Source: a virus
Lineage: Duplodnaviria; Caudoviricetes
Length of the DNA stretch: 51,675 nucleotides
Virus record (IMG/VR): IMGVR_UViG_3300008255_000165
Span: 1 to 51,675 of that record
Reading direction: 5' to 3' (one strand)
Position 1 is the stretch's first letter, and each line of letters starts with the position of its first letter. This document shows, piece after piece, positions 39,850 through 48,661 of this stretch. A program made the position numbers and the translations under genes. The notes beneath the pieces were generated by a model that saw only the letters and a program-made list of their open reading frames with translations, did no database searches and had not been told where the DNA came from.

Positions 39850-42003
39850 CTACGACCAGGTAAGCACAACTTCAGAACCAAACTTTTCCTTTAGGTCCTG
39901 GATGAGCAGCTGCTTGGTCTTCAGGTCTTTGATTCCGCTAACATACTGCAGCTTTTTAGTGGACTGATACTTAGCAAGTGCTGCCTTAGACGAGCCTCCC
40001 CAGTCTCCATCAACACCGTCGTTACGCTTACCATAGTTGCCGAGGTCGTAGCCCAAACGTACCAAGGCGTATTGCCAATCGAAAGACGTCCAGTTATCGG
40101 ATGTACGAGCGGGGTCTCTATTTAAAGCCTCGATAATACTGGTGATTGTGAAGCCTGGGCAGTTGTGTACAAACACACCAGCCAGCAGCCCAAAGTTACT
40201 GTAGGGTGCACAGTTAATCACATCATACACATCTTGCATTCCAGCGCGCTCAACTGCTACTACTTTATGATTATTGGGCCCTACCAGGCCGTCTATATAT
40301 CTAGAGGCAGTCTCAAAACGAGGTGTAAATCTACCAAACCTAGCACGAGCCTGCTCCCAGGCTGCCTCATCAGGCTCCTCACCACTATCGATAATGTAGT
40401 TATACACGTCTTCACACTTCTTAGTTAAACGCCGGTTGTTGGACTCCTTGACTGCGTTAGTCATCTTGTCCCTATACTCTGCTCTCTGCCAATTGGCTTC
40501 TACCTCCTTAGTTAGACGAGAGGTGTGCTTAGACCTAAACTCTTCGTCTTCCCATCGAGCACGAATACCGGCAGCACGCTTGCTCTTAGTAAGCTCAATA
40601 TCAGCGCTAGCTCTATGTGCGTCTAGTGTCTTTTTCCCCGCTGATGAAACAGCTTCTCTGTACGCTGGGTCGTCCCAACGCTTCTTTGCCGCGGCAGACG
40701 CTTTTCTACTGAACTCTGCAGCAAACTGTGGGTCCTTGAATCGCTCCTTTAAAGCTGCCTTGGCCTTCGCCTGAGCCTCTGGATTACAAAACAACTTAAT
40801 AGTCCTCGCTCTCGCTTCGGCTCTAAATACTGGATTCTCCCAGTTCTTTGACATATAATACGAACCCAAGGAAGCGTGCAAACCTATATGGTCTTTGTCG
40901 CCCATAATCACTAACTCACCAGGGGTGTTATTGGTTTTACATAGCGACCGGTGGTGAATAACCTGTTTCTGGCCAGCAGGCACAAACCCTTCCAAATCCA
41001 CTGAAGAGGCTACCATGCGATGAGTCATCCTATACTTCCTGGAATACGGGTCCATAACTACTTCGTAGCCGCCAGGCGTAACAGCTCTATATAAAGGCAT
41101 CAAGCTGGTACCAGCCTTTAGCTCTTCAGCAGAAGCGTAGCTTCCGTCTCTTAGCATAAAAAGGTGGTCAGTAGTACACGTAATACTCTTGCCATTATCA
41201 AGAGTAACCTTCACTACCTCTCGGTTTGTACCAGTCCGTTTAACGAGGCTTGGGCCACCTGGCACCACAGTACCGTCAGAGCTACAAGAGTAAAACCAAT
41301 GCTTTTCCCCAGACTCGGCCATTTCAGCCGCTGTCTTCTTTGTGCCATCTAGCAACGGAATCTCTGTATCTCCAGAAATGCATGCAGGTTTTCCAAAATC
41401 GTAGTGTCCAAATACTTGGTCGTACCCAAGCCCGAGGTTATCACATAGATAGTTAATAAGCTCGAGTAAGGAGTTCATTTGGGCTAATGTGGGCTCATTA
41501 GTGCCGTCACTGTACCCAGTCCCGTTGAAATGGCCCCCAAGAACGATGGATAGGTACATCAAGTTCTCATCACCAGGAATCTTAGAGGTCCCCTGTGACC
41601 AGGTAATATCCTCTAGGTCATTACACATCCAGATATCACCAGAGCGTCGGATGTAAAAGGTGTAGCATACAGAGGGAGCTCCAGGGCTCTTTGACCCGTT
41701 TGGAAAATAAGTCACGTGGTAGTTAGCTGTATTGACTGGGTTATCCCCCCCAAGCGTTTGGTGAACGCAGAGGCCCTTGATATCTGACAGCTTTCTACGC
41801 CCCCACTTAAGTTTTTTATGGCGAGGGATTTCTTGACGCTTATCTAGCAGCTTACTAGGACGACCGGACTCTGGCCAGTCAGAGACAGGGTTAGTACTCA
41901 TAGTCTTCTTAGCTCCAGTAAAAACTGCAGCGGTAGCCTTTGCGGCTAGCGCTACAGGTCTAAAGATGTACCTTGAAAGGGGAGAAGCGGACTTACTACT
42001 CAT
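39850..42003 (-). CDS. Endolysin: Amidase_2 N-acetylmuramoyl-L-alanine amidase plus C-terminal PG-binding domain, intein-containing (start 42003 or 41901)
   Basis: CVHQT, YTFYI..SG, PTLAQ, FGHYDFGKPA|CPG; WQYALVRLGY...GVDGDWG..SKAALAKYQ. Confidence 0.88.
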   Translation of the reverse strand: MSSKSASPLSRYIFRPVALAAKATAAVFTGAKKTMSTNPVSDWPESGRPSKLLDKRQEIPRHKKLKWGRRKLSDIKGLCVHQTLGGDNPVNTANYHVTYFPNGSKSPGAPSVCYTFYIRRSGDIWMCNDLEDITWSQGTSKIPGDENLMYLSIVLGGHFNGTGYSDGTNEPTLAQMNSLLELINYLCDNLGLGYDQVFGHYDFGKPACISGDTEIPLLDGTKKTAAEMAESGEKHWFYSCSSDGTVVPGGPSLVKRTGTNREVVKVTLDNGKSITCTTDHLFMLRDGSYASAEELKAGTSLMPLYRAVTPGGYEVVMDPYSRKYRMTHRMVASSVDLEGFVPAGQKQVIHHRSLCKTNNTPGELVIMGDKDHIGLHASLGSYYMSKNWENPVFRAEARARTIKLFCNPEAQAKAKAALKERFKDPQFAAEFSRKASAAAKKRWDDPAYREAVSSAGKKTLDAHRASADIELTKSKRAAGIRARWEDEEFRSKHTSRLTKEVEANWQRAEYRDKMTNAVKESNNRRLTKKCEDVYNYIIDSGEEPDEAAWEQARARFGRFTPRFETASRYIDGLVGPNNHKVVAVERAGMQDVYDVINCAPYSNFGLLAGVFVHNCPGFTITSIIEALNRDPARTSDNWTSFDWQYALVRLGYDLGNYGKRNDGVDGDWGGSSKAALAKYQSTKKLQYVSGIKDLKTKQLLIQDLKEKFGSEVVLTWS
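40162..41382 (-). mobile_element. Intein, 407 aa, with HNH homing endonuclease
   Basis: Block A CISGDTEIPLLDG, block B TTDHLF, HRMVA...IHH...KTNN...HIGLH, block F DVYDV, block G VFVHN followed by Cys+1. Confidence 0.95.
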
Positions 42004-42241
42004 CGCTAGAGGCCTCGGCAAGCGCCTTCATCAATCGGGCATACGCTGAAGTGGAATCGAAGTAAGGCCTCTCATAAGAAACTACCTGGGGCTCCTCTGA
42101 CCCATCAGCCAGGAAAAACAAGTAATGGTACCTCGTTTCCCCGGTATGGCCGGGCTCACCAGATGGGTAGTACCCGATTGGCATAACGAACGTTAAATGC
42201 TCACTAGAGCTATCGAGAAACGATAAATCCGTAAACAGCAT
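41996..42241 (-). CDS. Hypothetical protein
   Basis: AGGAG RBS. Confidence 0.65.
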   Translation of the reverse strand: MLFTDLSFLDSSSEHLTFVMPIGYYPSGEPGHTGETRYHYLFFLADGSEEPQVVSYERPYFDSTSAYARLMKALAEASSDE

Positions 42242-42257
42242 TGGTAAACTCCTAACT

Positions 42258-42524
42258 CTAAGCGTTGTCTCTCGATGACTCAGTAGGCACCTTTACAAAG
42301 TACCGTGCTGCTGGCCCGAGATAAGGCGGTAAGGCGACTACAGACTCAACGTAGCGCGCTCCACAAGTATCACAGCTATACCCCTCACGCACACAAAACT
42401 CCTCTTCTACGTTGATATCTCTCTCTAAAACGCCTTCGGGGCATTTCAAACAATCACCCTTATCGGCAGTGTACGGGATGTAAACAAACAGGTCTTTGTT
42501 AATAGGTCTTCGGACAGCCCTCAT
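42258..42524 (-). CDS. Small Zn-ribbon protein
   Basis: CLKC...CDTCG; AGGAGG RBS. Confidence 0.7.
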   Translation of the reverse strand: MRAVRRPINKDLFVYIPYTADKGDCLKCPEGVLERDINVEEEFCVREGYSCDTCGARYVESVVALPPYLGPAARYFVKVPTESSRDNA

Positions 42525-42594
42525 GTGGTGCCTCCTACTCTCGGTGAGACCGCTGTTTTACAACGACCGCAGCCTGGTGCTACTGCGCACCTTA

Positions 42595-42623
42595 AGTATA
42601 TGGCAAAAACAAGAGGCTGTCGA
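42595..42623 (-). promoter_or_regulatory. Sigma70-like promoter
   Basis: TCGACA-17 nt-TATACT in the intergenic gap upstream of the lysis/dnaX block. Confidence 0.65.
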
Positions 42624-42634
42624 GGCTCCAGATG

Positions 42635-43963
42635 CTAGAAGTAGTGGTTCAAGGAAAGGCTAGCGTACACATCTGCAGTGGACGATGCTGTCTTAGCCAC
42701 CAAAGTTAAAGTGTTGCTTACACCATAGAATGAGCCAACTAAACCAAGCACAGAATTCAAAGACATAATCTGCGAAACCTTGTTCTGGTTGGTAGAGTCT
42801 ACGTAGCCTGAAGAGATTATATGACCAGAGCCTTCGGTATAGTCTACAGCTGTCGTAGACTTATCAATACCATCTACCTGCGTCCAAGTGAAGGGGCCGC
42901 TAAATGTACCACCAAGCACCAACCGCCACGAGACTAGTACTGAGCCTGCGTTGTGCAGCAAAACACTCTCCGGCATGGCATACGAACGTACATAGGCAGG
43001 ATTAAGCCTTACAGCTACTACATTCTTGTACGCGCTAGAGCCTATGGAGTTAGCAGCAAATCCAGTGTCCACGGCTATTGGTTTGGCAGGGTCCTCTTCA
43101 CCGCCCTCTCTAACTACGGAACTACAGATTTGCTTCAGTGAGCCACCTGCAGAGGCAGCGGGGGAAGAAATCTCATACCGACAAGGCAACGAGCCTGTAG
43201 ACATATACGTGGTAGTTTCCTTATTGGCGTGTAAAAATTCGTGTACCTGACACAGCCTACCGTCTATATCTAAATCTACGCGAACTCGGCCGGCACCTAA
43301 CCACTGCACATCTGTATGAAAGATGTTAGTTTTACTAGGGTCTAAAGTATATCCACTCGGTCCAGCCCCGTCAAGTCTATCAATAGTCCAAGCGGACTGG
43401 GCTACGCGAGTATCAACAATGGCCCCAGACGAGGAAGACCGCTTAACTAGGTATAGTTCAGAGGCAGAGGACTCTAGAAATATACCGTCTTTACCATCAA
43501 AGTACCCCAGCCTTTTTACAATCCCCGTCTCAGGGTGCATACTAGCGAAAGACTTTACAACACTCTGGGACTGACCAGCGCGATACAAAAAGTATTTGTA
43601 GGTTTGCCTAATAGCCACATCGCCGGCCGTGCCACTAACTGTCATATCAATCGTATTGGAATACGGGTCACGAGATACTGTTGAAGTACCAGATACGATA
43701 GTTTCCCACTCCAACGGCTGCATATCGTAAGTAAATGTAGAGCTATGTAGTACGTGGTTGTTGGAAACCCTCTGGCGGTGGAAAGCATCAACCTGAGGAC
43801 CATCTCGGAGGGTTGTTATGACAGTGCCTGTAACAGAGGTAACTGAGGGGCTTACAACGTTAACGTCAACAGGGTTGGTAACGGTATTCAAACGGTCTAA
43901 GGTATTCAGGGAGCCAGTCACAGTAGTGACCTGCCTGGGTATACCTTTGTAGTGGTCTCTCAT
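42635..43963 (-). CDS. Beta-rich lectin-like putative virion protein, 442 aa, N-terminus MRDHYKGIP
   Basis: GGAGG RBS; DAFHRQRVS, QWLGAGRVR; Thr/Val-rich stalk. Confidence 0.65.
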   Translation of the reverse strand: MRDHYKGIPRQVTTVTGSLNTLDRLNTVTNPVDVNVVSPSVTSVTGTVITTLRDGPQVDAFHRQRVSNNHVLHSSTFTYDMQPLEWETIVSGTSTVSRDPYSNTIDMTVSGTAGDVAIRQTYKYFLYRAGQSQSVVKSFASMHPETGIVKRLGYFDGKDGIFLESSASELYLVKRSSSSGAIVDTRVAQSAWTIDRLDGAGPSGYTLDPSKTNIFHTDVQWLGAGRVRVDLDIDGRLCQVHEFLHANKETTTYMSTGSLPCRYEISSPAASAGGSLKQICSSVVREGGEEDPAKPIAVDTGFAANSIGSSAYKNVVAVRLNPAYVRSYAMPESVLLHNAGSVLVSWRLVLGGTFSGPFTWTQVDGIDKSTTAVDYTEGSGHIISSGYVDSTNQNKVSQIMSLNSVLGLVGSFYGVSNTLTLVAKTASSTADVYASLSLNHYF

Positions 43964-43982
43964 CGCTGCCTCCAGCACAAAT

Positions 43983-44008
43983 AGGGGGCTGCGGAAACGC
44001 AGCCCCCT
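43983..44008 (-). terminator. Hairpin/attenuator inside the RDHY gene cluster
   Basis: 11-bp stem agggggctgcg/cgcagccccct followed by ATTTGT on the minus strand. Confidence 0.6.
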
Positions 44009-44041
44009 CCTGGTTATGCACTATTTTTTTGGGAGGGCTAG

Positions 44042-44395
44042 CTACACCTTAGGCGAACCTAAGCCAGGATTGAAGACTACGTAGCTAAACCTACGAACGT
44101 CTGCGTTGTCCTCACCAGAAAAATGCACAGTCTGGTTAGCAACATCAATCGAGTGAGCAATACCCTGAGTCTTCGTACCACTGGCAGGGCTAACCATAAC
44201 TAGTGAGTGCCAGCCGATACTGGGGTCTGTCATATTTGCATAACCAGCCGTAAGAACACCGCTGCCTACTAACACAGGGGTAAAGGCACTGGTACTATCC
44301 GCTGCCCCAGAAGGGCGCGGGTGCTGCACCTTACCGTCCTTGTCCATACGCATCACAAATTTCTTAGGTACACCTTGGTAGTTGTCACGTGACAT
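44042..44395 (-). CDS. 117-aa beta-rich protein, N-terminus MSRDNYQGVP
   Basis: AGGAG RBS; C-terminal small beta domain resembling fibre-tip domains. Confidence 0.7.
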   Translation of the reverse strand: MSRDNYQGVPKKFVMRMDKDGKVQHPRPSGAADSTSAFTPVLVGSGVLTAGYANMTDPSIGWHSLVMVSPASGTKTQGIAHSIDVANQTVHFSGEDNADVRRFSYVVFNPGLGSPKV

Positions 44396-44407
44396 GATAT
44401 GCTCCTA

Positions 44408-44551
44408 CTACGCTGTTTTGACCGTAGACATCTCAGTTGTGTTAGATACGGCGCCGGTTTCCGAATTGGCGTAGATATGAACCGCTCGGTTCGTCTTAAG
44501 TACAGGGGTGGTCAACGATTTTGGTAGATTGCTATAATGGTCTCTTGCCAT
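44408..44551 (-). CDS. 47-aa microprotein MARDHYSNLP... (not in ORF track)
   Basis: AGGAG RBS; exactly fills the gap; paralogue at 51371-51511. Confidence 0.8.
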   Translation of the reverse strand: MARDHYSNLPKSLTTPVLKTNRAVHIYANSETGAVSNTTEMSTVKTA

Positions 44552-44560
44552 AATATTCTC

Positions 44561-45322
44561 CTATTTGGGTAGGTACAGCTGTGATGATGTGTCTATATCG
44601 GGCTGGTTCTTCAATACTGATGTCAACGCCAGGCGAGCGTTTGAAAACGACTTAAGCTTTATTGGGACGGTATTATCCACCAAAGCGCTATCTAACCACA
44701 AGTCTGAGTGTGATTCTAGGTTAAATCCAATAGAAGAATCGGAAAGAACAAGAGCCCTCCCTGACACGAACCCCCCCCCTACTGAAAATAGGCCACCCCT
44801 AAGATGTAGGCAATTCAGCTCCAAGGAGCTGCTAGGCGTACAGAAGATGGTACCCTTAAGCGCTGTATTGGGGTGGAACACCTTGTTAGCGTTCGCGTCA
44901 AAATCTCCATCAACTGGTGACGGAGAAAACCTGGCACTGTCGTGGGGGAGGCTAAAACCGCGGCCGTACCTAAGCGGTCCCGCTGAGCCTCTAATGACTA
45001 GTCCCAGATGGGAGGAGCCCGTTCCGTTCAATCCTATACGCGTACTTATAGTACGAGAGTATCTAGAGCTGCCATAAAACTGGATAGCCGGTATAGTGAT
45101 GTCCTCAGTCCAGGTACCGTCACCAATATCTACCACTAAACCCACATTAGACTTAACAGGGAGCAACTCTATAGCACGCTCGATTGTTCGCACGGGGCTG
45201 TGCATAGACGAGCCATCGTTATGGTCAGCACCGTTCTTACGAACGTACACTGCACGCATACTCCTGGGGCCGCCAACCTTAGTAGCACTGGACCTATAGT
45301 GGTCCCGACCTAAACCAGGCAC
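44561..45322 (-). CDS. Pectin-lyase/beta-helix-like protein, N-terminus MPGLGRDHY
   Basis: VYVRKNGADHNDG...PVRTIERAI...IGDGTWTE is a typical beta-helix N-cap; GGAG RBS. Confidence 0.65.
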   Translation of the reverse strand: MPGLGRDHYRSSATKVGGPRSMRAVYVRKNGADHNDGSSMHSPVRTIERAIELLPVKSNVGLVVDIGDGTWTEDITIPAIQFYGSSRYSRTISTRIGLNGTGSSHLGLVIRGSAGPLRYGRGFSLPHDSARFSPSPVDGDFDANANKVFHPNTALKGTIFCTPSSSLELNCLHLRGGLFSVGGGFVSGRALVLSDSSIGFNLESHSDLWLDSALVDNTVPIKLKSFSNARLALTSVLKNQPDIDTSSQLYLPK

Positions 45323-45398
45323 GAAAACTCCGAAGTGTGGATTTTTATTTGGTAGGCTAACGGCCTTTCCCTGCCGCTTAAAACTCGGCTTCTCTTAT

Positions 45399-45564
45399 GG
45401 CCTGGGAAAATTGCCCAGGCCGACATTAATTGGTCAGCAACCCAACTGAAAGGCGTCCCTAAAAGCGTGTTCCTCAGTTGATGACCTATGACCGACCGAA
45501 GTCGGGTCTCTAAACTAGAAGACGCGAAGGCATGTGCACTGCCTGGAACACCGCCCCCTCTAGT
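45399..45564 (-). ncRNA. Candidate structured leader RNA
   Basis: Five adjacent stems, a C(UUCG)G loop and 7-bp loop-loop complementarity. Confidence 0.45.
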
Positions 45565-45664
45565 GGGTCTATACAAATGAATAGTAAAACAATGGCTTTA
45601 TGGTAAGGCATTGCTTAAAAAAATTGCTTTGCCTTAAAAACTGGGCCTTCCCAGAAACTGCCTA

Positions 45665-46849
45665 CTAAAGCTTTTTTCTTGCGGGGCGTTTGCCGCCGTT
45701 GCTTGCGAGGAAATCCTTTTCCCAGACGAAAACTACGCTATACCCTGCTTTACGTAGCTGCTCGAGACGCCGAATCGTCTTTCGGTACAACGTGCCGTAC
45801 ACTGCCCTACTTGTCGGATTTATATCATTAAAATCATATACTTCGGGATTCCCGTGCCAATAGTCACCCAGAAACTCATAAACAGTATTCGAGGCTGGGT
45901 CAAACCCATCAACGTGAATTGGCCGTTTTTTACCTGGCAGCCTTATCGAAACCTCTCGATGCTCTGCAGGAACCCCCAACGAGTCAAGCCATCTTTGTGA
46001 TGCTGCAGAAACGGGGCCCCCGAAGCATTGTGGGCAACTGCTGCCTCTGGACCTATTATTTACTGTTGACTGCCACTCATGCCCTTCAGCACAAACCCAC
46101 CAAACCTTCCTACGTGAGTATGGCAGTACACCAGCAGCGCTAATCTGATTTCTTGTCGGATGCCACTCAGAGGCCAACTCTGGATTAACAGTGGCAAGAC
46201 ACGTCTCTGGAAGCACCTTTTTCCCAACACAGTAGGGGCAGTGGGTACCGGTGAGCCTATCTCTTACGCTAGTTCTCCACCTGTGGCCCTTACTACAGAG
46301 CCACCACACCTTTTTATTGGACCCCGCGGTAACATCCTCGGGCGACAGCTTGCCATTTTTTGTCGGGTGCCACTCTGAGACCAAATCTGGTCTAACAGTC
46401 GAGAGGCAATTATCCTGACAGGCCTTCTGACCAGAGCAGTATGGGCAGCCGTCACCAGCTGACCTATCATTAATAGTGGACTGCCACTCGTGGCCCTTAC
46501 CACAAACCCACCAAACTTTCTTATTGGAGCCCTTGGTTACATCGGCCGGCGCCAAGTCACCATTTTTTGTCGGATGCCACTCGCCCGCGAGTTCGGGATT
46601 TACAGTCGAAAGGCAGTTATCTTGGCAAGCACGCGCGTGCTTTGAGCAATAAGGACAGCCACTATTATTACCTGCCCTGTTGTAAACTGCTGCCTGCCAG
46701 GTATGGCCGAGGCCGCACTGCCACCAAACCTTCTTATTGGAGCCCTTAGTAATGGTATAAGGTGTTAGCGCTAAACCCAGGTTTTTTTGGGAGTGCCACT
46801 CTTTAGCCAGCTCCGGGTGGGTAGAGGCTAAACAACTGTCTACATCCAC
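45665..46849 (-). CDS. Zn-ribbon-repeat endonuclease, copy 2
   Basis: Four repeats; VDGFD...YEFLGDYWHG...VWE. Confidence 0.85.
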   Translation of the reverse strand: MDVDSCLASTHPELAKEWHSQKNLGLALTPYTITKGSNKKVWWQCGLGHTWQAAVYNRAGNNSGCPYCSKHARACQDNCLSTVNPELAGEWHPTKNGDLAPADVTKGSNKKVWWVCGKGHEWQSTINDRSAGDGCPYCSGQKACQDNCLSTVRPDLVSEWHPTKNGKLSPEDVTAGSNKKVWWLCSKGHRWRTSVRDRLTGTHCPYCVGKKVLPETCLATVNPELASEWHPTRNQISAAGVLPYSRRKVWWVCAEGHEWQSTVNNRSRGSSCPQCFGGPVSAASQRWLDSLGVPAEHREVSIRLPGKKRPIHVDGFDPASNTVYEFLGDYWHGNPEVYDFNDINPTSRAVYGTLYRKTIRRLEQLRKAGYSVVFVWEKDFLASNGGKRPARKKL

Positions 46850-46868
46850 GAATGGAGCGTGACGGTTC

Positions 46869-47549
46869 CTAGTAATGGCCTACCTCCCACGGGACGGGAA
46901 CGTACCCGATGGAACGGCTGACCGACCACCTAGTATACACCGCTTTCGGCAGGCGCTGGGTTTTTTTCTGACGGGCTGCACGCTCCCTTTTCGGCGCTCT
47001 TACCTCTCGGTACCCATCCGTAGCGACATAATGCGTCATCTCGCGCATAGCCCGCGTGACCTTGAGCAAACCACACGCGGAAAGGGCCGTCACGTGGCGC
47101 GATACCGTCCGGCCGGAAAACCCGGTGACTTCCTCCAGGCGGCTGACCGCAATTTCCGACCCCATCGCGTCCCACGACATCGTCTTGATAGCCACGTAGA
47201 TAACCCTGGCTTGAGCGGAGAGGCGCCTGTTCATGATAACGATACGAGGAATGACCACGAATTTGCCAGGCGTACAGCGTACCCTGTGACCTCTGGGAAG
47301 GTAGTACGCCATCCCCCTCGGCCCCTTATGGTATGTCCTTACTAGGCCTAGCCTTCTTAGTTCCCCTACTAGCTTTGATACTTTGTCTACATGAAACCCT
47401 GTCAATGTAGATAGGTATGCTCTAGTAACGTTGAATGCTCTTCCCCCTATTGCTCTTGCTGATAGGACCCAGTAAAGCAGTCTAGCTGAGGGTGATTGTA
47501 TTGTATCTGCAGTCACTAAATCTTTTGGGAAGAACACTACATCCGACAT
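46869..47549 (-). CDS. Tandem winged-HTH DNA-binding protein (HTH_36/replication-initiator-like)
   Basis: Two repeats: SPSARLLY...LSTLTG...V..L...GLV and SAQARVIY...LEEVTG..RTV.R....L...GLL. Confidence 0.75.
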   Translation of the reverse strand: MSDVVFFPKDLVTADTIQSPSARLLYWVLSARAIGGRAFNVTRAYLSTLTGFHVDKVSKLVGELRRLGLVRTYHKGPRGMAYYLPRGHRVRCTPGKFVVIPRIVIMNRRLSAQARVIYVAIKTMSWDAMGSEIAVSRLEEVTGFSGRTVSRHVTALSACGLLKVTRAMREMTHYVATDGYREVRAPKRERAARQKKTQRLPKAVYTRWSVSRSIGYVPVPWEVGHY

Positions 47550-47590
47550 TATAAAGCTCCAAAGCTACGGGAGGCCCGCAATAAAAAATA

Positions 47591-48115
47591 CTACCTAAAT
47601 GCTGACCTGAGCCACTCGGTGACTTCCTTTGACATGAGATACCTGGTACCGTCGATTGTCAACGTCTCGCCGTGCTCGACGTCGAGACCCAAAGTGATTT
47701 CGTAAATCTTCTTAGGCCGTGCCTGCAGAGTTGGCGCATCAGAGATACCCTCAAGCCACCCATCCATAAGGTTGAAGTCGGCTTGGGTTACACCACGACA
47801 GTGGTCCTTCAAAACATCATCTGCAGAGTCGCCAGGAAGGCCTGCAGTTCCTTGCTCGTCTCTAGAATTGTGGTAAAAGTCGAAGGGTCCTTCGACGTCG
47901 CGCCAGGAGAGCTTCTTGTACGCCCGCTTCTTCTTGGCCTCTTGCTGTGCTGCTTCCTCAGTGGCTTTCGCCTGCTCTTTCAGTACTGCTCCTCGCAGCT
48001 GCTTCTTGTAGAAGTTTTCACACGTACTACACATCAAAGTCTCCTTTGTGGATTGTCCTACTAGGCTGGTTACTGCTCCACACTTTGTACAAAATCCTGC
48101 GACTACACTACCCAT
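47591..48115 (-). CDS. Hypothetical Zn-finger protein
   Basis: CTKC...CSTC. Confidence 0.65.
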   Translation of the reverse strand: MGSVVAGFCTKCGAVTSLVGQSTKETLMCSTCENFYKKQLRGAVLKEQAKATEEAAQQEAKKKRAYKKLSWRDVEGPFDFYHNSRDEQGTAGLPGDSADDVLKDHCRGVTQADFNLMDGWLEGISDAPTLQARPKKIYEITLGLDVEHGETLTIDGTRYLMSKEVTEWLRSAFR

Positions 48116-48130
48116 CGAAAAAAATCCTTT

Positions 48131-48304
48131 CTAGTGGCACTCGCGCCGCTTGCACTCGTCTACCAGCGAGGGGGCCGGCTTGGAAATGTCGTCAGAAGGT
48201 GCCTTCGTGTAGCTCACTACTGCAATGACGACACACACAGTATAAGCCAAAGCTATAGCTAGTGCCCACCAAAAAGAGTACGTGTGCGGAACTTTCTGAC
48301 TCAT
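48131..48304 (-). CDS. 57-aa single-TM peptide (not in ORF track)
   Basis: GGAGG RBS; MSQKVPHTYSFWWALAIALAYTVCVVIAVVSY... Confidence 0.7.
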   Translation of the reverse strand: MSQKVPHTYSFWWALAIALAYTVCVVIAVVSYTKAPSDDISKPAPSLVDECKRRECH

Positions 48305-48313
48305 GTTACCTCC

Positions 48314-48397
48314 CTACTCTACGATTTTACGTGCGAGCAGCCAACCGACCAGTGAGCTTACAGCCACAACTATAAGTAAAGATACAGCATTTAGCAT
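48314..48397 (-). CDS. 27-aa single-TM peptide (not in ORF track)
   Basis: GGAG RBS; MLNAVSLLIVVAVSSLVGWLLARKIVE. Confidence 0.6.
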   Translation of the reverse strand: MLNAVSLLIVVAVSSLVGWLLARKIVE

Positions 48398-48567
48398 TTT
48401 ACCACTCCAATAAGAAACATAGCGACCAGCAGAGCTGTAAAGATTGCCCACCCTGGGACTCTCCGCCACCAGGCGGAGCTATTCTGTGCTGGCGCTAGGT
48501 AGGGACTTTGTGACGGCGGGCCTGGGGGCCTTAGCGCTCGTCCAGATAATTCACGTCTTGTTGCCAT
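48391..48567 (-). CDS. 58-aa peptide with C-terminal TM helix (not in ORF track)
   Basis: MATRRELSG...WWRRVPGWAIFTALLVAMFLIGVVKC; coupled to neighbours. Confidence 0.6.
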   Translation of the reverse strand: MATRRELSGRALRPPGPPSQSPYLAPAQNSSAWWRRVPGWAIFTALLVAMFLIGVVKC

Positions 48568-48568
48568 G

Positions 48569-48661
48569 CTACCTTGAAATCCTTTCTGCGACTAGGTAGA
48601 CAGCTAGGCCTCCTACTGCCGCCAAAGAAAAAACAGATAAAATCACACCTAAAAATGACAT
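48569..48661 (-). CDS. 30-aa single-TM peptide (not in ORF track)
   Basis: TAATG coupling; MSFLGVILSVFSLAAVGGLAVYLVAERISR. Confidence 0.6.
   Translation of the reverse strand: MSFLGVILSVFSLAAVGGLAVYLVAERISR

Noticed and set aside
44408-44551. RDHY microproteins as RiPP precursors
   Set aside because: No modifying enzymes nearby, and the same tag occurs on large beta-structured proteins
45310-45576. 88-aa ORF in the track
   Set aside because: No RBS, no motif; coincides with dense RNA-like structure
45323-46849. Group I intron or guide RNA associated with endonuclease copy 2
   Set aside because: No interrupted host gene or recognisable P7 core; the other two copies have no such flanking region
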